Source: Leptogorgia sarmentosa
Lineage: Eukaryota
NCBI GenBank assembly: GCA_964658305.1
Contig: OZ210884.1
Location: forward strand, 3,162,001-3,226,000
Direction of reading: 5' to 3'
Length of the DNA: 64,000 nucleotides
The notes under the pieces were generated by a model. It did no database searches and was not told where the DNA came from. It was given only the letters and a program-made list of their open reading frames with translations. Each line of letters opens with the position of its first letter. Position 1 is the stretch's first letter. Below, piece by piece: positions 1-12,900 of the stretch. The position numbers were made by a program, and so were the translations under genes.

Positions 1-727
1 TTAGATTTTAACAAAAGCAAACGACGGTGTTTGACAACAGGCACCCTATTTGTGAACCAATCATACTGTTTATTGACTACAACGGCTCCATTCACTTCCG
101 CTTCGTGTCCGCTTAGTCAAAAACATCGTTTGCCTAAGCTCACTAATCTCGCTTCAACTATCACTACCTTTGAGAGACCTATGCGGCATGTGATTGGTTA
201 GGGTTAATTGACTATCGCATCGAATGCTTCATTTTCCCTTTATGTAGTAGAGGTGCTGGAAGTGAATGTCATAATTATGTAAACCTCCTTACAATCAGTA
301 GGCTATTACTTGTTCCTCTTTACAAACACTTTTTATTACGTGAGATTTCACATATTGACTTTGTGCAAGGTTCAATTTTGATTTCATCTGAGAGGTTATG
401 CTGCATGGCACATTGATCGTGTGCATGATATCTATTTGAAACGCTGTATTTTTGAAGCTTCTTCTGCGCTAATGTGGTTATGATATAGTTTTCAAAAAAA
501 TCTGTAGAGAGTTATCTAAACACCTATTACAATATTACTGTACATCGAAGCCTAAATATAATAATCAATTCCATGAACACGTTTAAAACGGACATTAAAA
601 CATTATAAAATTTTGGCCATGATAAATATGTCCTATTAAGAGTGTCTATATATGTTACAGACAACGTGCATATTTCACAGACGTCAAAAAATGTTGAAAT
701 CATGCCTCCGGTTCTATCTATTTTTAG

Positions 728-903
728 ACCGGGATCTGTCATTGTAGACTCCGTCGTAACATTGAACGATACGATTGCATTGAATAATTCAATGTTAGAG
801 AGTGAACTTGGCGGAAGTTTGAACGCAACAAGTGATGGGTTCTTTCTGGGTGACGATTTTAAACTCAGTAACAGTACAGATGCATCGCCTTTCTCGATTT
901 CAG
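728..903 (+). CDS. SEA domain 1, third exon
   Basis: ttttag|A CCG GGA TCT GTC ATT GTA...TCA G|gtattt, 176 nt, phase 2-1. Encodes [58 protein letters not shown], with a GSVVV-like SEA motif. Confidence 0.88.
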
Positions 904-3900
904 GTATTTCCGTTTCTTCTAGCAAGAATCTAGCGACATCTTTATGCAGCTCTTGCCACATCACATAAATATTGATAGAAAGAATGAAAGCAAAATTTCC
1001 GGAAATCCTTAAATTAGCTGAATAATATTGTTAAAGTTATCATCATGATATTGCACTATTATTTGGTCCTTTGTTTGCCACAAGTCTTTTTTAGAGTCTG
1101 GTTTGATTTTATTTATTATGTAATATAGTGGAATTATCTAAAGTTTGCAAAACTAAAGTAGCTAAAAAATTTTCAATTTTAGTAGTGTTCACAACGCCAA
1201 GTTCATCGATGGTGACAACAACCGAACCAGGTAATTTTTCTTTTAGTGTTTTGTTCTAAAAAGAAATTGTTCAGGCATTTTGTTGCAAAATTATACTTTC
1301 TAATGTTGTATACATTTGAAGTTTCATTATTGGTGGAGACAATATTTATGAAAACCAGCGATTCCTTTCATATTTCCATGGTTGTAAATAGGGGTCCATA
1401 ATGATGATTGTTGGATAATGGCACATCAGCCGAAAATGAATACAAAAACAAGTCTTTTTTAGAGACTGGTTTGATTTTGTCATGTAATATTATGGTAATC
1501 GTGAAATTATCTAAAGTTCGCAAAACTATCGTATAAAATTTTCAATTTTAATTTTAGTTGTGTCGACAACGCCAAGTTCATCGATTGTGACAACAACCGA
1601 ACCAGGTAAATTTTTTTAGTATTTTTTTCTAAAAGGAAATTTTTTCTTCATTTTTTTGGCTTGCGTTTAAATTCTTCATTATTGGCGGAGATATTTTTTA
1701 AAGTCTGGTTTGATTTTATTATGTACAATTATAGTCAAATTATCTAAAGTTCGCAAAACTAAATTATCTAAAAAAATTTCAATTTTAGTTGTGTCGTCAA
1801 CGCCAATTTCATCGATTGTGACAACAACCGATCCAGGTAATTTTCCTTTTAGTATTTTGTTGTAAAAAGAAATTTTTCATGCATTTTGTTGCCGTATACA
1901 TTTGATGTTTCAGTATTGGTGGAGACAATATTTATGAAAACCAGCGATTCCTTTCATATTTCCATGGTAGTAGATAGGAGTCTATAATGATGATTGTTGG
2001 AAAATGCCACATCAGTCGAAAATGAATACAAAAACAAATATTTTTTAAAGTCTGGTTTGATTTTATTATGTATTATAGTGAAATTATCTAAAGTTCGCAA
2101 AACTAAAGTAACTAAAAAATTTTCAATTTTACTATAGTGTCCACAAAGCCAAGTTCATCGATTGTGGCGACAACCGAACCAGGTAATTTTTCTATTAGTA
2201 TTTTGTTCTAAAAAGAAATTGTTCAGGCATTTTGTTGCCTTACATTTTAAGTTTTATTATTGGTGAAGACAATATTTATGAAAACCAGCGATTCCTTTCA
2301 TATTTCCATGGTAGTAAATGGGGGTCTATAATGATGATTGTTGGAAAATGGCACATCAGTCGAAAATGAATACCAAAACAAATCTTTTTTAAAGTCTGGT
2401 TTGATTTTACTATGTAATATAGTGAAACAATCTAAAGTTCGCAAAACTAAATAATAAAATATAAAATTTTAGTATTGTCGTCAACGCCAATTGCATCGAT
2501 TGTGACAACAACCGAACCAGGTAATTTTTCTTTTAGTATTTTGTTCTAAAAAGAAATTTTTCCTGCATTTTGATGCCGTACATTCGAAGTTTAATTAATG
2601 GTGGAGACATTATTTATGAAAACCAGCGATTCCTTTCATATTTCCATGGTAGTAAATAGGGCTCTATAATGATGATTGTTGGAAAATGGCACATCAGTCG
2701 AAAATGAATAATACAAAAACAAATATTTTTTAAAGTCTGGTTTCATTTTATTATGTATTATAGTGAAAGTATCTAAAGTCCGCAAAACTAAAGTAGCTAA
2801 AAAATTTTCAATTTTACTAGTGTCCACAAAGCCAATTCCATCGATTGTGGCGACAACCGAACCAGGTGATTTTTCTTTTAGTATTTTGTTCTAAAAAGAA
2901 TTGTTCAGGCATTTTGTTGCCTTACATTTTAAGTTTTATTATTGGTGAAGACAATATTTATGAAAACAAGCGATTCCTTTCATATTTCCATGGTAGTATA
3001 TGGGGGTCTATAATGATGATTGTTAAAAATGGCGCATCAGTCGCAAATGAATACAAACACAAATCTTTTTTAAAGTCTGGTTTGATTTTACTATGTAATA
3101 TAGTGAAACAATCTAAAATTCGCAAAACTAATGAATAAAATATAAAATTTTAGTAGTGTCGTCAACGCCAATTCCATCGATTGTGACAACAACCGAACAA
3201 GGTAATTTTTCTTTTAGTATTTTGTTCTAAAAAGAAATTTTTCTGCATTTTGTGGCCTTACATTTTAAGTTTCATTATTGGTGGAGACAATATTTATGAA
3301 AACCAGCGATTCCTTTCATATTTCCATGGTATTAAATGGGGATCTATAATGATGATTGTTGAAAATGGCGCATCAGTCGAAAATGAATACAAAAACAAAT
3401 CTTTTTTAAAGTCTGGTTTGATTTTACTAGCTATGTAATATAGTGAAACAATCTAAAGTTCACAAAACTAAAGAATAAAATATAAAATTTTAGTTGTGTC
3501 GTCAACGCCAATTCCATCGATTGTGACAACAACCGAACAAGGTAATTTTTCTTTTAGTATTTTGTTCTAAAAAGAAATTTTTCCTGCATTTTGATGCCGT
3601 TCATTCGAAGTTTAATTATTTGTGGAGACAATATTTATGAAAACCAGCGATTCCTTTCATATTTCCATGCTAGTAAATAGGGGTCCATAATGATGATTGT
3701 TGGATAATGGCACATCAGCCGAAAATGAATACAAAAACAAGTCTTTTTTAGAGACTGGTTTGATTTTGTCATGTAATATTCTGGTAATCGTGAAATTATC
3801 TAAAGTTCGCAAAACTATCGTATAAAATTTTCAATTTTAATTTTAGTTGTGTCGACAACGCCAAGTTCATCGATTGTGACAACAACCGAACCAGGTAAAT

Positions 3901-6900
3901 TTTTTTAGTATTTTTTCTAAAAGGAAATTTTTTCTGCATTTTTTTGGCTTGCGTTTAAAATCTTCATTATTGGCGGAGACAATATTTATGAAAACCAGCG
4001 ATTCCTTTCATTTTTCCATGGTAGTAAATAGGGGTCTATAATGATGATTGTTGGAAAATGGCACATCAGTCGAAAATGAATAATATAAAAACAAATATTT
4101 TTTAAAGTCTGGTTTGATTTTATTATGTACAATTATAGTCAAATTATCTAAAGTTCGCAAAACTAAATTATCAAAAAAATTCAATTTTAGTTGTGTCGTC
4201 AACGCCAATTTCATCGATTGTGACAACAACCGATCCAGGTAATTTTCCTTTTAGTATTTTGTTGTAAAAAGAAATTTTTCATGCATTTTGTCGCCGTATA
4301 CATTTGATGTTTCAGTATTGGTGGAGACAATATTTATGAAAACCAGCGATTCCTTTCATATTTCCATGGTTATAGATAGGAGTCTATAATGATGATTGTT
4401 GGAAAATGCCACATCAGTCGAAAATGAATACAAAAACAAATATTTTTTAAAGTCTGGTTTGATTTTATTATGTATTATAGTGAAATTATCTAAAGTTCGC
4501 AAAACTAAAGTAACTAAAAAATTTTCAATTTTACTATAGTGTCCACAAAGCCAAGTTCATCGATTGTGGCGACAACCGAACCAGGTAATTTTTCTATTAG
4601 TATTTTGTTCTAAAAAGAAATTGTTCAGGCATTTTGTTGCCTTACATTTTAAGTTTTATTATTGGTGAAGACAATATTTATGAAAACCAGCGATTCCTTT
4701 CATATTTCCATGGTAGTAGATAGAAGTCTATAATGATGATTGTTGGAAAATGGCGCATCAGTCGAAAATGAATACAAAAACAAATACTTTTTAAAGTCTG
4801 GTTTGATTTTATTATGTAATATAGTGAAACAATCTAAAGTTCCCAAACTAAAGAATAAAATTTGAAATTTTAGTAGTGTCGTCAACGCAAATTCCATCGA
4901 ATGTGACAACAACCGAACGAGGTAATTTTCTTTTAGTATTTTGTCTTAAAAAGAAATTTTTCCTGCATTTTGTTGCCTTACATTTGAAGTTTCATTATTG
5001 GTGGAGACAATATTAATGAAAACCAGCGATTCCTTTCATATTTCCATGGTAGTAAATAGGGGTCCATAATGATGCATGATTTTTGGATAATGGCACATCA
5101 GTCGAAAATGAATACAAAAACAAATCTTTTTTAAAGTCTGGTTTGAGTTTACTATGTAATATAGTGAAACAATCTAAAATTCGCAAAACTAAGGAATAAA
5201 ATATAAAATTTTAGTAGTGTCGTCAACGCCAATTCCATCGATTGTGACAACAACCGAACAAGGTAATTTTTCTTTTAGTATTTTGTTCTAAAAAGAAATT
5301 TTTCCTGCATTTTGATGCCGTTCATTCGAAGTTTAATTATTTGTGGAGACAATATTTATGAAAACCAGCGATTCCTTTCATATTTCCATGGTAGTAAATA
5401 GAGGTCCATAATGATGATTGCTGGATAATGGCACATCAGCCGAAAATGAATACAAAAACAAGTCTTTTTTAGAGACTGGTTTGATTTTGTCATGTAATAT
5501 TCTGGTAATCGTGAAATTATCTAAAGTTCGCAAAACTATCGTATAAAATTTTCAATTTTAATTTTAGTTGTGTCGACAACGCCAAGTTCATCGATTGTGA
5601 CAACAACCGAACCAGGTAAATTTTTTTAGTATTTTTTCTAAAAGGAAATTTTTTCTGCATTTTTTTGGCTTGCGTTTAAAATCTTCATTATTGGCGGAGA
5701 CAATATTTATGAAAACCAGCGATTCCTTTCATTTTTCCATGGTAGTAAATAGGGGTCTATAATGATGATTGTTGGAAAATGGCACATCAGTCGAAAATGA
5801 ATAATATAAAAACAAATATTTTTTAAAGTCTGGTTTGATTTTATTATGTACAATTATAGTCAAATTATCTAAAGTTCGCAAAACTAAATTATCTAAAAAA
5901 ATTTCAATTTTAGTTGTGTCGTCAACGCCAATTTCATCGATTGTGACAACAACCGATCCAGGTAATTTTCCTTTTAGTATTTTGTTGTAAAAAGAAATTT
6001 TTCATGCATTTTGTTGCCGTATACATTTGATGTTTCAGTATTGGTGGAGACAATATTTATGAAAACCAGCGATTCCTTTCATATTTCCATGGTAGTAGAT
6101 AGGAGTCTATAATGATGATTGTTGGAAAATGCCACATCAGTCGAAAATGAATACAAAAACAAATATTTTTTAAAGTCTGGTTTGATTTTATTATGTATTA
6201 TAGTGAAATTATCTAAAGTTCGCAAAACTAAAGTAACTAAAAAATTTTCAATTTTACTATAGTGTCCACAAAGCCAAGTTCATCGATTGTGGCGACAACC
6301 GAACCAGGTAATTTTTCTATTAGTATTTTGTTCTAAAAAGAAATTGTTCAGGCATTTTGTTGCCTTACATTTTAAGTTTTATTATTGGTGAAGACAATAT
6401 TTATGAAAACCAGCGATTCCTTTCATATTTCCATGGTAGTAAATGGGGGTCTATAATGATGATTGTTGGAAAATGGCACATCAGTCGAAAATGAATACCA
6501 AAACAAATCTTTTTTAAAGTCTGGTTTGATTTTACTATGTAATATAGTGAAACAATCTAAAGTTCGCAAAACTAAATAATAAAATATAAAATTTTAGTAT
6601 TGTCGTCAACGCCAATTGCATCGATTGTGACAACAACCGAACCAGGTAATTTTTCTTTTAGTATTTTGTTCTAAAAAGAAATTTTTCCTGCATTTTGATG
6701 CCGTACATTCGAAGTTTAATTAATGGTGGAGACATTATTTATGAAAACCAGCGATTCCTTTCATATTTCCATGGTAGTAAATAGGGCTCTATAATGATGA
6801 TTGTTGGAAAATGGCACATCAGTTGAAAATGAATAATACAAAAACAAATATTTTTTAAAGTCTGGTTTCATTTTATTATGTATTATAGTGAAAGTATCTA

Positions 6901-9900
6901 AAGTCCGCAAAACTAAAGTAGCTAAAAAATTTTCAATTTTACTAGTGTCCACAAAGCCAATTCCATCGATTGTGGCGACAACCGAACCAGGTGATTTTTC
7001 TTTTAGTATTTTGTTCTAAAAAGAATTGTTCAGGCATTTTGTTGCCTTACATTTTAAGTTTTATTATTGGTGAAGACAATATTTATGAAAACAAGCGATT
7101 CCTTTCATATTTCCATGGTAGTAAATGGGGGTCTATAATGATGATTGTTGGAAAATGGCACATCAGTCGAAAATGAATACCAAAACAAATCTTTTTTAAA
7201 GTCTGGTTTGATTTTACTATGTAATATAGTGAAACAATCTAAAGTTCGCAAAACTAAATAATAAAATATAAAATTTTAGTATTGTCGTCAACGCCAATTG
7301 CATCGATTGTGACAACAACCGAACCAGGTAATTTTTCTTTTAGTATTTTGTTCTAAAAAGAAATTTTTCCTGCATTTTGATGCCGTACATTCGAAGTTTA
7401 ATTAATGGTGGAGACATTATTTATGAAAACCAGCGATTCCTTTCATATTTCCATGGTAGTAAATAGGGCTCTATAATGATGATTGTTGGAAAATGGCACA
7501 TCAGTTGAAAATGAATAATACAAAAACAAATATTTTTTAAAGTCTGGTTTCATTTTATTATGTATTATAGTGAAAGTATCTAAAGTCCGCAAAACTAAAG
7601 TAGCTAAAAAATTTTCAATTTTACTAGTGTCCACAAAGCCAATTCCATCGATTGTGGCGACAACCGAACCAGGTGATTTTTCTTTTAGTATTTTGTTCTA
7701 AAAAGAATTGTTCAGGCATTTTGTTGCCTTACATTTTAAGTTTTATTATTGGTGAAGACAATATTTATGAAAACAAGCGATTCCTTTCATATTTCCATGG
7801 TAGTATATGGGGGTCTATAATGATGATTGTTAAAAATGGCGCATCAGTCGCAAATGAATACAAACACAAATCTTTTTTAAAGTCTGGTTTGATTTTACTA
7901 TGTAATATAGTGAAACAATCTAAAATTCGCAAAACTAATGAATAAAATATAAAATTTTAGTAGTGTCGTCAACGCCAATTCCATCGATTGTGACAACAAC
8001 CGAACAAGGTAATTTTTCTTTTAGTATTTTGTTCTAAAAAGAAATTTTTCTGCATTTTGTGGCCTTACATTTTAAGTTTCATTATTGGTGGAGACAATAT
8101 TTATGAAAACCAGCGATTCCTTTCATATTTCCATGGTATTAAATGGGGATCTATAATGATGATTGTTGAAAATGGCGCATCAGTCGAAAATGAATACAAA
8201 AACAAATCTTTTTTAAAGTCTGGTTTGATTTTACTAGCTATGTAATATAGTGAAACAATCTAAAGTTCACAAAACTAAAGAATAAAATATAAAATTTTAG
8301 TTGTGTCGTCAACGCCAATTCCATCGATTGTGACAACAACCGAACAAGGTAATTTTTCTTTTAGTATTTTGTTCTAAAAAGAAATTTTTCCTGCATTTTG
8401 ATGCCGTTCATTCGAAGTTTAATTATTTGTGGAGACAATATTTATGAAAACCAGCGATTCCTTTCATATTTCCATGCTAGTAAATAGGGGTCCATAATGA
8501 TGATTGTTGGATAATGGCACATCAGCCGAAAATGAATACAAAAACAAGTCTTTTTTAGAGACTGGTTTGATTTTGTCATGTAATATTCTGGTAATCGTGA
8601 AATTATCTAAAGTTCGCAAAACTATCGTATAAAATTTTCAATTTTAATTTTAGTTGTGTCGACAACGCCAAGTTCATCGATTGTGACAACAACCGAACCA
8701 GGTAAATTTTTTTAGTATTTTTTCTAAAAGGAAATTTTTTCTGCATTTTTTTGGCTTGCGTTTAAAATCTTCATTATTGGCGGAGACAATATTTATGAAA
8801 ACCAGCGATTCCTTTCATTTTTCCATGGTAGTAAATAGGGGTCTATAATGATGATTGTTGGAAAATGGCACATCAGTCGAAAATGAATAATATAAAAACA
8901 AATATTTTTTAAAGTCTGGTTTGATTTTATTATGTACAATTATAGTCAAATTATCTAAAGTTCGCAAAACTAAATTATCAAAAAAATTCAATTTTAGTTG
9001 TGTCGTCAACGCCAATTTCATCGATTGTGACAACAACCGATCCAGGTAATTTTCCTTTTAGTATTTTGTTGTAAAAAGAAATTTTTCATGCATTTTGTCG
9101 CCGTATACATTTGATGTTTCAGTATTGGTGGAGACAATATTTATGAAAACCAGCGATTCCTTTCATATTTCCATGGTTATAGATAGGAGTCTATAATGAT
9201 GATTGTTGGAAAATGCCACATCAGTCGAAAATGAATACAAAAACAAATATTTTTTAAAGTCTGGTTTGATTTTATTATGTATTATAGTGAAATTATCTAA
9301 AGTTCGCAAAACTAAAGTAACTAAAAAATTTTCAATTTTACTATAGTGTCCACAAAGCCAAGTTCATCGATTGTGGCGACAACCGAACCAGGTAATTTTT
9401 CTATTAGTATTTTGTTCTAAAAAGAAATTGTTCAGGCATTTTGTTGCCTTACATTTTAAGTTTTATTATTGGTGAAGACAATATTTATGAAAACCAGCGA
9501 TTCCTTTCATATTTCCATGGTAGTAGATAGAAGTCTATAATGATGATTGTTGGAAAATGGCGCATCAGTCGAAAATGAATACAAAAACAAATACTTTTTA
9601 AAGTCTGGTTTGATTTTATTATGTAATATAGTGAAACAATCTAAAGTTCCCAAACTAAAGAATAAAATTTGAAATTTTAGTAGTGTCGTCAACGCAAATT
9701 CCATCGAATGTGACAACAACCGAACGAGGTAATTTTCTTTTAGTATTTTGTCTTAAAAAGAAATTTTTCCTGCATTTTGTTGCCTTACATTTGAAGTTTC
9801 ATTATTGGTGGAGACAATATTAATGAAAACCAGCGATTCCTTTCATATTTCCATGGTAGTAAATAGGGGTCCATAATGATGCATGATTTTTGGATAATGG

Positions 9901-12900
9901 CACATCAGTCGAAAATGAATACAAAAACAAATCTTTTTTAAAGTCTGGTTTGAGTTTACTATGTAATATAGTGAAACAATCTAAAATTCGCAAAACTAAG
10001 GAATAAAATATAAAATTTTAGTAGTGTCGTCAACGCCAATTCCATCGATTGTGACAACAACCGAACAAGGTAATTTTTCTTTTAGTATTTTGTTCTAAAA
10101 AGAAATTTTTCCTGCATTTTGATGCCGTTCATTCGAAGTTTAATTATTTGTGGAGACAATATTTATGAAAACCAGCGATTCCTTTCATATTTCCATGGTA
10201 GTAAATAGAGGTCCATAATGATGATTGCTGGATAATGGCACATCAGCCGAAAATGAATACAAAAACAAGTCTTTTTTAGAGACTGGTTTGATTTTGTCAT
10301 GTAATATTCTGGTAATCGTGAAATTATCTAAAGTTCGCAAAACTATCGTATAAAATTTTCAATTTTAATTTTAGTTGTGTCGACAACGCCAAGTTCATCG
10401 ATTGTGACAACAACCGAACCAGGTAAATTTTTTTAGTATTTTTTCTAAAAGGAAATTTTTTCTGCATTTTTTTGGCTTGCGTTTAAAATCTTCATTATTG
10501 GCGGAGACAATATTTATGAAAACCAGCGATTCCTTTCATTTTTCCATGGTAGTAAATAGGGGTCTATAATGATGATTGTTGGAAAATGGCACATCAGTCG
10601 CATATTAAAACAAAAACAAGTCTTTTGTAGAGTCTGGATTGATTCCATTTGATAAAAATGTGAAATTATCAAAGATTCGCAACACTAAAGAATAAAACTA
10701 TCAATTTTAGTAGTGTTGACAACGCCAATTTCATTGATTGAGACAACAACTGGGCCAGGTAATTTTCCTTTTAGTATTGTGTTGTAAAAAGAAATTTTTC
10801 ATGCATTTTGTTGCCGTATACATTTGATGTTTCAGTATTGGTGGAGACAATATTTATGAAAACCAGCGATTCCTTTCATATTTCCATGGTAGTAGATAGG
10901 AGTCTATAATGATGATTGTTGGAAAATGCCACATCAGTCGAAAATGAATACAAAAACAAATATTTTTTAAAGTCTGGTTTGATTTTATTATGTGATATAG
11001 TGAAACAAGTAAAGTTCGCAAAACTAAAGAATAAAATTTAAAATTTTAGTAGGGTCGTCAATGCCAATTCCATCGATTGTGACAACAACCGAACCAGGTA
11101 ATTTTTCTTTTAGTATTTTGTTCTAAAAAAAAATTTTTCGTGCATTTTGTTGCCTTACATTTGAAGTCTCAGTATTGGTGGAGACAATATTTACGAAAAC
11201 CAGCGATTCCTTTCGTATTTCCATGGTAATAGGGGTCTATAATGATGATTGTTGGAAAATGGCACATCAGTCGCACATTAACAGAAAACAAGTCTTTATT
11301 AAAGTCTGGTTTGACTTTATTGTGTAATATAGTGAAATTATGAAAAGTTCGGAAAACTGAAGTATAAAATTTTCAATTCTAATACTGTAGTGCCAACAAC
11401 ACGAATTTCAACGACTGTCGCCACAACCCAGCCAGGTACAGTTTTCTAAGTATTTTTTTCTAAAAATCTATTTTGGGCGCTTTCAAGTTTCAGTATTTAT
11501 AAAGCACAATCTAATTTAGTAGCTAGTGTTTTCAATACAAGTTAACTATAGCTACTATACAAATATTACTGCTCAACTTTAAGTTTCAAGCGTGAGAAGA
11601 GCTCGCGTTACTTTATGATCTCAGTTAGTGTGAGGTCACCCGTGCGTAGCGGGATAATAAGGACTTCTCCATAGAAACATCTATCTTAAAGCAAGCAGCT
11701 GCAATCTCAGGCTAATAGAACTGTTATAAACTAACCATTGGAGAAAAACTTCTTTGTTGAAAGCAAATCAATTAAGGGAAACAACAACATTAAATAGGAG
11801 ATCAGAAATCTATTCCAAAAGTCGCTATGTGGATTGAACTTCAACTCGTGAAAATTCATGCATGTGTGTATATCGAGCAGAATACACGTCTGCAAACTAA
11901 CTGGCATATTAAAGTAACCATCTGTCTTAACGAAAAATTCAGCTTAACCTGGTAATGTTTTAGCTTTGAAATGATATACCTTTCGAATGAATAAATACAT
12001 ATTTATATTCCAATGCTTTTTTTCCACTATAGATGCTGTAGTGTCGTTCCGGCTTCAATTTGTAATAATAAATATTGTTTACATACCGGCGTATAATAAT
12101 TCAACAAGTCAGGAATACATTGTTTTGACGCAACGAATTATAGTGGAGGTATGAAAATTGCTTCTTTATTAATGTTAAGATTTTTCTATCGACGCATGTA
12201 CGCGTATTGAGAAACAACATATTCTAAAATAATGTGAGAGTTACCACATAATAATTATTATGTGCAGGAAGGATATGACTGCACAGGTCGTCTGTGAAGT
12301 CCTGTCGTGTTCATAATTCTTAAACCTCCCTATTTTATTTCATTGCAGTGCACGAGACTATTGCAAAATTCATCACTGCGTTTATATGGTCCATTATGCA
12401 GGATTTTAGGATTATCGTAAGTTCGTTATTCCGTGGTTATCATACCTTATTACAGAACCGACGAGGCATGCAGAGTTACATAAGCACGGAGTTCGATTAT
12501 TACTCCAAATCCGGCAAAGCTTGTTTCTACAGAGATCATTGAATTAGTCAAGTCGTGTTTAACTATGTTGTTATGCCTTATTGTTGCACGGCAATGTTTC
12601 GCCAATTCTATTGACAGTACACAACTATACCGACGGTTACTTATTAATGACAAGGTTTAGATTTTAACAAAAGCAAACGACGGTGTTTGACAACAGGCAC
12701 CCTATTTGTGAACCAATCATACTGTTTATTGACTACAACGGCTCCATTCACTTCCGCTTCGTGTCCGCTTAGTCAAAAACATCGTTTGCCTAAGCTCACT
12801 AATCTCGCTTCAACTATCACTACCTTTGAGAGACCTATGCGGCATGTGATTGGTTAGGGTTAATTGACTATCGCATCGAATGCTTCATTTTCCCTTTATG

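Noticed and set aside
527..964. 145-aa minus-strand ORF
   Set aside because: It is the antisense shadow of SEA exon 728-903 and is not listed for the duplicated copy at about 13.2-13.6 kb.
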